Part shown: in pieces, positions 19,080 to 29,014 of the stretch | How positions within the stretch are numbered: the first letter of the stretch is position 1 | Layout of the letters: each line of letters begins with the position of its first letter | IMG/VR virus record: IMGVR_UViG_3300005826_000294 | Location: 62,001-126,000 of that record | Length of the DNA stretch: 64,000 nt | Reading direction: 5' to 3' (one strand) | Position numbers and translations under genes: made by a program | Notes under the pieces: model-generated | Told to the model about the DNA's origin: nothing | Database searches by the model: none | The model's input: only the letters and a program-made list of their open reading frames with translations

Positions 19080-20446
19080 TTATTCCTCGATAAAAATACA
19101 CTTAAATCTTCTGGGGTTCCAATTCCCCACATTTTTTCTATCTCATATGTTTTAATTCTTTTATTATCTTCAATTGCTTCATTAAAAACTGGACAAACAT
19201 AAAATTCATTATTTGTTTTTATATTTTTATTTATCATTTGCTCAGTATATTTTACATAATCAGAACCTTTTGCCCAATAATAAACACCAACAGTCGCAAC
19301 ATCACTTATCGGTTTTTTTTCAGCAACCTCAATAACATAACCATTTTCATCAAGTTTGGCGAAACTCCATTTAGGATGAGTTGCTTTAAAAGTTAAAATT
19401 CCGCCATCAATATCATCAGCAATCATAGAATACATAAATTCATTACTATTCCATTCAATATATTGATCGGAATTTGCTAATAAAAGTGGTTCATCATTGT
19501 TAATAAATTCTTTTGCTAATAGAGTTGTACAAGCAGCTCCTTCTGTAATTCCGTCAACCTGAATTATTTTACAATTGGGAGAAATTAAATTAAGTAAATA
19601 CTTTAAATTAAATTTTTCAAAATGTTCTTTTTGAACTACAAATATATGATTTCCTTCCATATTTAGGTTTTCAACAACAACCTGAATCATTGGTTTTCCC
19701 TCAACCTCTATTAAGGGTTTTGGAAATGTATATCCAGCTTCTTGAAATCTGGAACCAGCTCCAGCCATTGGAATTAGAATATTCATCTTACCTCCTTGCC
19801 ATTTCGGCTTAAGTTCTGTTATATTATTAGCATTTCTAATACTTTTATTTATTTTTTCATAACTTACATCATCAGTATTTTTTACAGCACATAAAAATGC
19901 ACCAGAATTAATTACTGATTGCCTACCAATATGAGAATCTTCTATAATTAAAGTTTCTTTTGGATTAACCTCTGCCTTTATCATACATTTCATATACATT
20001 TCTGTATTTGGTTTTGGATTTTTAACATCTTGATTTGAATAGTAAAAATCTATATATTCTATTAGTCCTTTTTTTACAAGCATCATTTTTAATGTTTCTC
20101 TAATAGAATTAGATGCTACACATAAAATATATCCATTATTTTTTAATCTTTCAAGAATAAAACGCATTTTATTATCATAAGACATTTCTGTTTTTATTAT
20201 TTTTAATGTTTCGTCTTGTTTTGCTTTCCAAATATCATTATAAAGATCTTTTAAAAGTCCTTTATTTTTCGTCAACATCTTTAATTTTTTTGTAGTAGGT
20301 AAACCATCATATATAGAAAGGTGTTCATCTCTATTTATTACATATTTTTCATTAAAACTTTTTAAAGCACCATTTAATGCTTTATAATGTAATTCTCTTG
20401 CATCAACTAAAACACCATCAAGATCGAATATTATTAATTTAATCAT
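19076..20446 (-). CDS. HAD phosphatase fused to sugar-phosphate nucleotidyltransferase
   Basis: IIFDLDGVLVD, KNPKP, IIEDS; then NILIPMAGAGSRF...PKPLIEV, NSDQ, VAEKKPIS, GIGTPEDL. Confidence 0.88.
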   Translation of the reverse strand: MIKLIIFDLDGVLVDARELHYKALNGALKSFNEKYVINRDEHLSIYDGLPTTKKLKMLTKNKGLLKDLYNDIWKAKQDETLKIIKTEMSYDNKMRFILERLKNNGYILCVASNSIRETLKMMLVKKGLIEYIDFYYSNQDVKNPKPNTEMYMKCMIKAEVNPKETLIIEDSHIGRQSVINSGAFLCAVKNTDDVSYEKINKSIRNANNITELKPKWQGGKMNILIPMAGAGSRFQEAGYTFPKPLIEVEGKPMIQVVVENLNMEGNHIFVVQKEHFEKFNLKYLLNLISPNCKIIQVDGITEGAACTTLLAKEFINNDEPLLLANSDQYIEWNSNEFMYSMIADDIDGGILTFKATHPKWSFAKLDENGYVIEVAEKKPISDVATVGVYYWAKGSDYVKYTEQMINKNIKTNNEFYVCPVFNEAIEDNKRIKTYEIEKMWGIGTPEDLSVFLSRNK

Positions 20447-21210
20447 TTTCCAATTCCAGTTATAATATAATGACCTTTTAGAGAAACGAATTCTTCCAAA
20501 TTAAAGTCAGAACAATTTTTATTAACAAATTCTTCAAATCTACTTTTTCCACCACTAAATACAAATAAAAATGCTGAAAATTCTTTAACATTATTTAAAA
20601 TCTTATTCATAACTTCTATCGGGGCCTCTTCTAAAGCGTGAGTTGAAATACATAAAGAATTTTCTTTATTTAATATTTTATTTAACTTATTAAAATTACA
20701 ACATAATTGAACTTCATTGGATTTATCAGAAGCAATAATATTATTTGTTTGTAAATAATATTTTTGTATTGTTAATAATTCAGGAAAATCAAAAATAACA
20801 TATTTTCCTGCAAAACCAAGTGATTTAGCAACTCTGCACATATTTCCAAATCCAGCACCAAATTCAAAAATAAAATCAAATTCATTAATTGGTTTTACAA
20901 ATTTTTCTAATTTATTTAAATAATATGAATGATTAACAGCACTAGTAGTAAATTCATTTTTTAATAATTGATCCCATCTATCCCAATTATTTTCTAATTT
21001 TAATAATTTTAAATGATCTTTTGAAAATCCTGTTCTCGGATCTCCAGCATTCATTGTTTGTCTAATAGGTCCCCAATTATGAAAATTTCTAATATCTTCT
21101 GTTAATATTAAACTTCTAATATTAAGAAGAAAATTATTCCACATATTAGTTCCATTCGTTTCAGAGCTTAAATTAATATAAAAATCTCTAATTTCACTTA
21201 ATAATTTCAT
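20443..21210 (-). CDS. putative sugar O-methyltransferase
   Basis: IFEFGAGFGNMCR, YVIFDFPELLTIQKYYL, ISTHALEE. Confidence 0.75.
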   Translation of the reverse strand: MKLLSEIRDFYINLSSETNGTNMWNNFLLNIRSLILTEDIRNFHNWGPIRQTMNAGDPRTGFSKDHLKLLKLENNWDRWDQLLKNEFTTSAVNHSYYLNKLEKFVKPINEFDFIFEFGAGFGNMCRVAKSLGFAGKYVIFDFPELLTIQKYYLQTNNIIASDKSNEVQLCCNFNKLNKILNKENSLCISTHALEEAPIEVMNKILNNVKEFSAFLFVFSGGKSRFEEFVNKNCSDFNLEEFVSLKGHYIITGIGK

Positions 21211-21878
21211 TTTATAACCCTTGTAATATTTTCTGTTGATATATTTTCTTTTTTTAATAATTCAAGTGCTCCTTCTTGCCAAACACTGCGAACTATTGCT
21301 GTTATAAAGTATGGAGTAGGAGTTTGCTCTCTCCAAACACTTAAAAATTTATAAGGAAGATTATTAGATCTTTTTGTTCCTTTTATTTCAAAATCTCCCC
21401 CACTTTCTTTTAAAACAAGTAAAGAAAGTAATACATTTTTTCTCCAAAATGCTGTTTGAGTAGAAACTCGATATGCATCTCCAATTTGTAAAATTCCCAA
21501 ATCTTTATATTCTGATGGTGCTGTTGGTCCAGGACATGGTGCTAATCTTAGACACCCAATATTAGAGTTTTCACATAAATAATTTTCAAATGATAATATT
21601 TTTTCAGTATTAAAATAATCTGTAAATAAATAATCTTCTTGAAAATATAAAATAATATCTTCTGGTATTTTATTAAGTCCATAAATTAAATTGCTCGAAA
21701 ATCCTAAGTCTGAGCCAATTGTAATTGTTTCAACAATCTCATCTTCATATTTTCCAAAATCTGTAATCATATATATTTTATATGGACAGTCAGGCCAATA
21801 TTTCTTTAATAAAATAAAAAAAGGATTCCAAGCTTGAGAAAATTTTTTACAAGTAATCATTACTACTGCTGTTTTCAT
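21207..21878 (-). CDS. putative GT-A glycosyltransferase
   Basis: KKYWPDCPYKIY, ILYFQEDYLF, IGCLRL, STQTAFWRK; context. Confidence 0.55.
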   Translation of the reverse strand: MKTAVVMITCKKFSQAWNPFFILLKKYWPDCPYKIYMITDFGKYEDEIVETITIGSDLGFSSNLIYGLNKIPEDIILYFQEDYLFTDYFNTEKILSFENYLCENSNIGCLRLAPCPGPTAPSEYKDLGILQIGDAYRVSTQTAFWRKNVLLSLLVLKESGGDFEIKGTKRSNNLPYKFLSVWREQTPTPYFITAIVRSVWQEGALELLKKENISTENITRVIK

Positions 21879-21890
21879 TTTTATATTTCC

Positions 21891-22628
21891 TTATATCATA
21901 GATTTAAGAACTTTAACTAATTCTAGACAAAGTTCAGTCCAAACTTTTTCATTTGCTTTTCTATATGATTCCTGTGTTCCAGCATCAGACCACCATTTTT
22001 TTACTTCAATAGTAGTAATTTCTCCATTTTGAATTAACCACTTATTAGCATCCGATATTTCTAATTCTCCTCTTTCCGATCTTTTTATAGTACTTATAGC
22101 ATACCATATCTTTTTAGAATATACATACGCTCCTGTAATCGCCATATTACTTTTAGGATTTTCCGGTTTCTCTTCAATATCTATAAGTTTTTTTAGATGA
22201 TCAACTTCTGCAACTCCAAATCTATGAGGATCTGAAACTTCTTTAATATAAAAAATACCATCATAATTTTTAATATTAGGTTTAAGAACTTCTCCAAATA
22301 TATTATCACCCAGAAATACCATTATATCTTCATTACCAGCAAAATTTTTACAAAGACTTAACGCCTCAGCAATTCCTCCAGCCTCATCTTGAACTTTATA
22401 TGTAAATTCGCAACCAAATTTTTTCCCGCTACCCAATAGTGATACGACAGAACCCAAATGAAAAAGACCAGAAACAATACATATATCAGTTATTCCATTA
22501 CATAAAAGTTGAGAAATTGGATGATAGATCATCGGGAAATTTCCGAGAGGCAAAAGATGTTTATTAGTTACGAGAGAAAGAGGCCCTAATCGTGAACCAG
22601 TACCACCAGCTAAGATTATTCCACGCAT
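21891..22628 (-). CDS. rmlA: glucose-1-phosphate thymidylyltransferase
   Basis: MRGIILAGGTGSRL, NKHLLP, LGDNIF, RFGVAE, EEKPENPKSN, SERGELEISD, WSDAGT. Confidence 0.9.
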   Translation of the reverse strand: MRGIILAGGTGSRLGPLSLVTNKHLLPLGNFPMIYHPISQLLCNGITDICIVSGLFHLGSVVSLLGSGKKFGCEFTYKVQDEAGGIAEALSLCKNFAGNEDIMVFLGDNIFGEVLKPNIKNYDGIFYIKEVSDPHRFGVAEVDHLKKLIDIEEKPENPKSNMAITGAYVYSKKIWYAISTIKRSERGELEISDANKWLIQNGEITTIEVKKWWSDAGTQESYRKANEKVWTELCLELVKVLKSMI

Positions 22629-22629
22629 A

Positions 22630-23550
22630 TTATATCTCCCAATAATTTTGATTTTTCTCATACCATTTTATAGTTTTTTCTAATCCTGTATCTATATTTT
22701 CTTTTAAAGACCAATCTAATTTAAAAGTTTTACTTGAATTTAAAGCATATCTTTTATCATGTCCCTTTCTATCTTCAACATATTTAATAAGAGAATTGGG
22801 TTTTCCAATAATTTTTAATATCTTATGTATCATTTCTTTATTTGTAATTTCACAACTACTTCCAACATTATAAATTTCACCATTTTTACCATTTTGAGCT
22901 ATTTCCATTATTGCTCTGCAATTATCTTCAACAAAAATCCATTCTCTAATATTTTCTCCATTTCCATATAGAGGAATTTTAGAATTATTTAAAGCATTTA
23001 AAATAATAACAGGAATAAATTTTTCTTTATATTGAAATGGACCGTAATTATTACAAGATCTTACAATTTTAGTATTAATTCCATATGTTCTGTAGTATGC
23101 CTGAACAAGCATGTCCGCAGATGCTTTTGAAGCTGAATATGGAGAACTTGGTTTCATTTGATAATAATTGGAAAATGGAGGATCATCCTTTTCTAAATCT
23201 CCATAAACTTCATCAGTAGAAATCATTACCAAATCAATTTTATATTTTTTTACAAATTCTAATATCTGAAAAGTTCCAACTATGTTACTATTTATAAATG
23301 GAAAAGGAGATTTTATGCTATTGTCGACATGACTTTCAGCGCCGAAATGAAAAACAATATCAAAATCTGTTGGAATGCCAATTTCATTAATATTTATAAT
23401 ATCTTCTTCATATGTTTTACAAAGAAGTTTTGCTCTTGAATCATGAGCATAACTTAAATTATCTATGCCAATAATTTCATGTTTTTCTTTATAGATTCGA
23501 ACAAAATTTTGTCCTATAAATCCACAATTTCCCGTAACTAATATTTTCAT
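22630..23550 (-). CDS. rmlB: dTDP-glucose 4,6-dehydratase
   Basis: HFGAESHVDNSI, ISTDEVYG, PSSPYSASKA, NNYGPFQYKEKFIP, YGNGENIREWIFVEDNC, DRKGHDKRYAL. Confidence 0.93.
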   Translation of the reverse strand: MKILVTGNCGFIGQNFVRIYKEKHEIIGIDNLSYAHDSRAKLLCKTYEEDIININEIGIPTDFDIVFHFGAESHVDNSIKSPFPFINSNIVGTFQILEFVKKYKIDLVMISTDEVYGDLEKDDPPFSNYYQMKPSSPYSASKASADMLVQAYYRTYGINTKIVRSCNNYGPFQYKEKFIPVIILNALNNSKIPLYGNGENIREWIFVEDNCRAIMEIAQNGKNGEIYNVGSSCEITNKEMIHKILKIIGKPNSLIKYVEDRKGHDKRYALNSSKTFKLDWSLKENIDTGLEKTIKWYEKNQNYWEI

Positions 23551-24614
23551 TTATCTTTCTCCAAACATCTTTCTGCTGAATCTAATATATATTCTATTTC
23601 TTTTTCTTTCAACCAAGGATTAAATGGTAAAGAAATTATTTCAGAAGCAAATTTTTCTGCTATTGGAAAAGAAACATTACATTTTTCTATTAAAGATGGT
23701 AAAGTAAATGGATAATGAATTATAGTTTCAATTTCAAGTTCTTTCATATTTTTAATAAATTTTTTTCTATTTTTAACAAATATTGGAAATAAATGAGGCA
23801 TACAACCATCATTCCATTTTATAGTATATTTATTAAGTCTATTATTATATCTATTAAATAATTCTAATCTTCTTTCTTCAATTCTATTATGAATAGAAAG
23901 TTTATTTAATAATATTGTACATTGTATTTCATCAACTCTACTATTCATTCCTATCATATTACTCATAGAACTTTTATCTTTTTGACCATAAAATCTTAAT
24001 TCTCTTATTTTTTGAGCAATGTTAGTATTTTTTGTTATTACCAAACCAGCATCACCAAAACTGCCTAAATTTTTACTTGGAAAAAAACTAAAAGCTCCAG
24101 TATGACCAAATGTTCCAATAAATTTGTTATTTATTTTGGTTCCAAAAGCTTGAGCACAATCTTCTATAATTATTAATCCATTATTTTTATAACTTATTAA
24201 TTTATTAATATTAAAATTATTTCCATATAAATATACTGGAACAATAGCATTTACATTATTAATATTTTTAAAATCAATTCCACCACTTAAACTGTTACAT
24301 AAATCAAAATATCTTATTTTAGCCCCAATCATTTTAATAGCAACTGCAGTAGGAATGGCAGAAAAAGCAGGAACTCCAACAATACTATTACTATTTATTC
24401 CACAAGCCATAAGAGAAATTGCAATAGCATCAGTTCCACTTCCAACAAGTATTGCTTCAGAATTAAATTTTTCAGACATATATTCTTCTAATTTATTAGA
24501 ATTTTTTCCAAATAAATATCTTCCAGAAGATATTACAGATTCAATATTTTTAAGAAGTCCGTTTTTTAATAAAAAATCAGCCTCTCTTTTCATGTCTAAA
24601 AATTGTATTTTCAT
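23547..24614 (-). CDS. DegT/DnrJ/EryC1/StrS-family PLP sugar aminotransferase (FdtB/QdtB-like by context)
   Basis: GSGTDAI, IIEDCAQAFG, FSFFPSKNLGSFGDAG, GMNSRVDEIQ, LPF. Confidence 0.9.
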   Translation of the reverse strand: MKIQFLDMKREADFLLKNGLLKNIESVISSGRYLFGKNSNKLEEYMSEKFNSEAILVGSGTDAIAISLMACGINSNSIVGVPAFSAIPTAVAIKMIGAKIRYFDLCNSLSGGIDFKNINNVNAIVPVYLYGNNFNINKLISYKNNGLIIIEDCAQAFGTKINNKFIGTFGHTGAFSFFPSKNLGSFGDAGLVITKNTNIAQKIRELRFYGQKDKSSMSNMIGMNSRVDEIQCTILLNKLSIHNRIEERRLELFNRYNNRLNKYTIKWNDGCMPHLFPIFVKNRKKFIKNMKELEIETIIHYPFTLPSLIEKCNVSFPIAEKFASEIISLPFNPWLKEKEIEYILDSAERCLEKDK

Positions 24615-25015
24615 TTTAACCTTTCTAAATAATTATAAATATTTCTAATATAATCACTTTCTAAGTATTTTTCAGATGCTAAAACTAAACAGATATCATC
24701 TGGACCTAAATTTAAAATATCTACCCAAATCATTTTTGGAATAAATAATCCCACATTAGGTTCATTCATAGAATATAAAATAGAGTTTTCTCCATCAAAT
24801 AATTTTACAACAAAAGAACCAGAAATAGATATAATAAATTGTTCAGTATTTATATGAGCGTGACCACCTCTAATAGTATTTGGTGGATGATTAAACATAT
24901 AAAAAATACGTTTAATATTAAATGGAATTAATTCATTTTCTTCAACAAAAACTAATTTTCCACGATTATCACAAAAAGAAGATAAATTTACTAATTTACA
25001 ATTATTTATTTTCAT
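24611..25015 (-). CDS. FdtA/QdtA-like cupin dTDP-4-keto-6-deoxyhexose 3,4-ketoisomerase
   Basis: DNRGKLVFVE, PFNIKRIFY, RGGHAH, LVLASEKYLESDYIRN. Confidence 0.88.
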   Translation of the reverse strand: MKINNCKLVNLSSFCDNRGKLVFVEENELIPFNIKRIFYMFNHPPNTIRGGHAHINTEQFIISISGSFVVKLFDGENSILYSMNEPNVGLFIPKMIWVDILNLGPDDICLVLASEKYLESDYIRNIYNYLERLK

Positions 25016-25931
25016 TATTTAACTTTTCATTTAATATATAAGCAATTAATTCAGGTTGCTTATCTCTATTTAACCATTTATACCACATTTCTCTTCCATA
25101 TTTTCCCATTTCAATAATTTTTTCATCAGAATTGTTTTCTAAAAATGTTTTAATTAAATTTCCAGCATTTTTTGCCTGTTCTGCATCAAATCTTAAAGTG
25201 CATTTATCCCAATCAATTTTATTTTGAAATGGAAGATGATATCCAGTACAAAATAATGCTGGAACCCTTGCTGAAGACATTGCTTCATAAAATCTATATG
25301 GAAATACTCCCGGAATTGATTGTGGAGCTAATAATATTTTTGAATCTTGTTGACTTTTTAAAAAACTAACTCTTCTTCTTTTTTGCTCTTCTTTATCTGA
25401 TAGTAAACCATAAAAATCGCTAAATGTTTTATGATTAAATCTATTTCCTAATATGTTTTTACAAGAATTTACAGAATCTTTTCTTGTATTTGTAGAAAGC
25501 CATCCTTGAAAAGATGTATCATATTTAAAACCATCATTTGGAATAGAAGTATAATTTCCCAAATCTTCTACAGGCCAAAACCAAGGAATTGTGTTTTTAT
25601 CTTTTAACATAAAGTCTCGAACATTACATCTTATTAACAAAGCAGATGTTCCACCAAGATTTACTTCAAAATCACTACAATCAAAAAAAACATGTTTATA
25701 TTCATAATCTTTCCAATATGGTAATTCTTCTACTTCTCTTTTAAGTGATTTATCTATTCTTAATGTTTGATCTTTTGACCTAATTCTATGCAATGCTATA
25801 GGACAAATAATATAATCTGCTTCATTTGGATTATTTACATTTATTATATAATTAGCTTTTGGTTCCCACGGTCTTTCTTTAAATGGTGGAAAATTTTTTA
25901 TTTCTAATTTACTATATGTATATATTTTCAT
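25002..25931 (-). CDS. exostosin-like (GT47) glycosyltransferase
   Basis: SKILLAPQS...YRFYEAMSSARVP...LPFQNKIDW. Confidence 0.7.
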   Translation of the reverse strand: MKIYTYSKLEIKNFPPFKERPWEPKANYIINVNNPNEADYIICPIALHRIRSKDQTLRIDKSLKREVEELPYWKDYEYKHVFFDCSDFEVNLGGTSALLIRCNVRDFMLKDKNTIPWFWPVEDLGNYTSIPNDGFKYDTSFQGWLSTNTRKDSVNSCKNILGNRFNHKTFSDFYGLLSDKEEQKRRRVSFLKSQQDSKILLAPQSIPGVFPYRFYEAMSSARVPALFCTGYHLPFQNKIDWDKCTLRFDAEQAKNAGNLIKTFLENNSDEKIIEMGKYGREMWYKWLNRDKQPELIAYILNEKLNNENK

Positions 25932-25958
25932 TTTATATTCCTTATAATTTATTATATA

Positions 25959-26714
25959 TTAATTTTCTTTTAAAAATTTTAATACAAATTTAGAAGACAT
26001 ATTTAGAATGGTTTTTTTATCTTTTTCATTAAATTCATTCATATATTCTTTATTTATATAATAATCTCGATTAAAATTTTTATTAGATAATGTTGTATAA
26101 CATCCTACATCTTTTTTAGTTAAAATATATTCATTACTTATTCGCTTTAAACAAAATTTTTTTTCAATAAAGTTTAAATTATCTATAATATCTGGATTAA
26201 GTAACATTTTATTATGTTTTATAATAGTACCACAAGAAGAATTTTTATTAATAAAAGATATCCAATCTTTATTTAAAGAATTCCAATATTCAATAATATG
26301 AGGTTTGATAGGAAATGGATTTATTTCTTTTGATCTGGATTCACTAATATAAAAACTATAAATATCTTTTATACTAAGTAAAAATTTTGTTGATCCATTT
26401 ATAACACTATCAATTACATTTTTTTTTAAATCAGAATCTTTTGTTTTTTTTGTAAAAATATCTGAAATTATTAATGCTGCTGGACCTATTATATTATCAT
26501 TTGGACCAAGCCTAGATATAAAATCATCAACTTCATTTAAATTATAATTTAAAACTCCACCTTTTCCACCCCAATCAATAAAATTAAAAAAATTATAATG
26601 TTTAAAATGTTTTAAAGATGTTATAATTATAATATCTTTAAAATTTGTTTTTAAAAGCCATTGTAAATGACTTGTTCCAGATCTTGGACATCCACATATA
26701 TAAAAAACATTCAT
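25959..26714 (-). CDS. sulfotransferase-like protein
   Basis: FYICGCPRSGTSHLQWLL (GxPRSGT PAPS-binding loop); start 26714 inferred from AAGGAG spacing. Confidence 0.65.
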   Translation of the reverse strand: MNVFYICGCPRSGTSHLQWLLKTNFKDIIIITSLKHFKHYNFFNFIDWGGKGGVLNYNLNEVDDFISRLGPNDNIIGPAALIISDIFTKKTKDSDLKKNVIDSVINGSTKFLLSIKDIYSFYISESRSKEINPFPIKPHIIEYWNSLNKDWISFINKNSSCGTIIKHNKMLLNPDIIDNLNFIEKKFCLKRISNEYILTKKDVGCYTTLSNKNFNRDYYINKEYMNEFNEKDKKTILNMSSKFVLKFLKEN

Positions 26715-26716
26715 TT

Positions 26717-27604
26717 TTATATACACTCCTTTAATTCATTTTTTATTCTTTGTTCTAGTTTCAATCTTACTTTTTCTATTGATTCAGGATGTTTTCCGTT
26801 AAATTTTTTTGTATAAGCATCTCCTCTTCGTTGAGCAATCCATTCTTGAACGCCCTTTGTTGGTTTTTCTATTTTTAGCTTTTCTTCTTCAGTTTTTGCC
26901 TTTATCCATGGAATATATAAATTATCCCAATAGTTTGGTATAATTCCTCTTGGATCTCGTTGATAATAATATTCCATTTTTGCTTTTATTTGTTTAGGAA
27001 ATACATGAGAATAATGATAAATTCTAATTCTCCAACTATCTGTTGTATTAAAATCTATATGTCCCATTTCTTTACAGGTTTTTCCCGTTGGTGGCCAAAG
27101 CATTGTAGGAGGTCTATGTGTTACCCATTTTGATTTTCCAGGAATAATACGTTGGATTCTATGAACTTCAAAATTTTCTTCAAATCCAGAAATATATCTA
27201 TCAAAGCCACCATAAAAAGATTTTAACTTAAATGCCATAGAATAACAATTACTATTATCATTAAGATATTTAACTACTTTTTCCATATCAAATTGAGTAT
27301 AAATTTCATCAGAGTCGACATGCCAAACAAAATCTCCAACAAAATATGGAGATTGAATATCACACATATGATCTTTTCCATTCCAAGTACCTTGAATCAA
27401 TTGTATTTTATTCTTTGGATCAGGAAAATTTTTTATTATATCAATGGTCTTATCAGTTGAACATGAAAATCCTAATTTTTGATAATGTTTAACAGGACCT
27501 TCTGTAATAATTATTTTTTCAGCAAATGGATAAATAGATTCTAAATTTTCTTTTAAAACATAATCTCCATTAAAAACTATCATAGTAAACGTAATTTTTT
27601 TCAT
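26717..27604 (-). CDS. GT2-like glycosyltransferase
   Basis: MIVFNGDYVLKENLESI, STDKTIDII, WHVDSDEIY, IYHYS. Confidence 0.8.
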   Translation of the reverse strand: MKKITFTMIVFNGDYVLKENLESIYPFAEKIIITEGPVKHYQKLGFSCSTDKTIDIIKNFPDPKNKIQLIQGTWNGKDHMCDIQSPYFVGDFVWHVDSDEIYTQFDMEKVVKYLNDNSNCYSMAFKLKSFYGGFDRYISGFEENFEVHRIQRIIPGKSKWVTHRPPTMLWPPTGKTCKEMGHIDFNTTDSWRIRIYHYSHVFPKQIKAKMEYYYQRDPRGIIPNYWDNLYIPWIKAKTEEEKLKIEKPTKGVQEWIAQRRGDAYTKKFNGKHPESIEKVRLKLEQRIKNELKECI

Positions 27605-28260
27605 ATATTTCTCCTAAAAATAAATGTTCCCATTTTATATGTTTTATCATGCCAAATATCTTCTTTTTTTAATTCAAATCCTTCTTTTTTTAATATTTTA
27701 TTTAAATCATCTCTTCCAATATAAAATCTAATATCAGGTATTTTATTATATGTTTTTACTTGTTCAATTTTTGTTTTATCATCTGTAATAAATAATCTAT
27801 GAGATATAAACCATTTATTTGCACTTTTAAGCATATTTTTAAATGCCTTTTCCCAATTATGAATAAGTTCTAATACTGCAGATTCCATAACAATATCATA
27901 TTTTTTAATAGCGTTTATATCACATATATTTTTTATATAAAATTTACCATTTGTAAAATTTTTTTTAGCAATATTACACATATTTTTAGAAATATCATAT
28001 CCAATATATTCTAAAGGCGGAATTAATCCCTTTTTTTGTAAATAAATAGCATGCCAGCCCGCTCCACAGCCAACATCTAATAAGGTTTTATTATTTTTAT
28101 CATTTTTTATTATCCATTCAAAAGCTTCATATAATTTAAAAAATGCTTCATATTTTTCAAAGTCACCAGAATCAAAATAAGATTTATTTAATTCATTATG
28201 AGCATCAGCTATTTCTTTTAAAGTCCAATCAGCTGAAATTATATTTTCAGGAACTTTCAT
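27601..28260 (-). CDS. class I SAM-dependent methyltransferase
   Basis: LLDVGCGAGW, YIGYDIS, YDIVMESAVLELI. Confidence 0.88.
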   Translation of the reverse strand: MKVPENIISADWTLKEIADAHNELNKSYFDSGDFEKYEAFFKLYEAFEWIIKNDKNNKTLLDVGCGAGWHAIYLQKKGLIPPLEYIGYDISKNMCNIAKKNFTNGKFYIKNICDINAIKKYDIVMESAVLELIHNWEKAFKNMLKSANKWFISHRLFITDDKTKIEQVKTYNKIPDIRFYIGRDDLNKILKKEGFELKKEDIWHDKTYKMGTFIFRRNI

Positions 28261-29014
28261 AATAGTTCTCCATTATATCATTTATATGTTTAATCCATTT
28301 TTCAAATTCTAACGTTCCTTTTCCACTATTACATATTTTACAACATGAAACTAAATTATTTTCTATATATCCTTTTGAATTATCAATTCTATCTAAATTT
28401 ATAACATTTGTAATAGTTCCACAATAAAAACAAGGTTTTCCTAAAAATGATTTAAATTCTTCAAATGATATTAAAAATTCAAAATTTCTTCTTGAAGCAC
28501 TATAAATATAATTTTTAAATTGTCTATTTAATCCATAATTATATTTATGTTTATAATTATATTCAATTTTTCTTAAAGTTTTATATCTGATAAAATTTTT
28601 AAGTTGACATATATAATCATTCCAATCTTTAATTGTTTGATTATTTTTTAACTTATTACAAATAATACAACAAGAAACTACGTTATTATAATAATATCCA
28701 AGATTATTATCTATCCTGTCTAAACTAATTGTTTCTATCTCATTACTACAATAAAAACATGGTTTATTCCAAAATGTTTTAAACTCTTTAAATGATATTG
28801 AAAAAATAATATTTCTTTCTTTCGCTTTTGTTTTATATTTACTAAATTTACCATTTATAGTTTTAGAATATAATTTTGCTTTTTTATTATTTTTTTCTTT
28901 ATTTTTGTAATAATGTAATCTACTTGCTTCTCTTCCACAATCTTTACACCAAGAACTTTTTGGATAAAAATTACAACTATTTTTTTCTAATTTACATTTA
29001 CTACATTTTTTCAT
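28247..29014 (-). mobile_element. duplicated HNH/His-Me-finger-like endonuclease; probable free-standing homing endonuclease
   Basis: N-terminal CSKC...WCKDC; two copies of KPCFYC...LDRIDN..GY...N.VSCC..CN..K. Confidence 0.75.
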
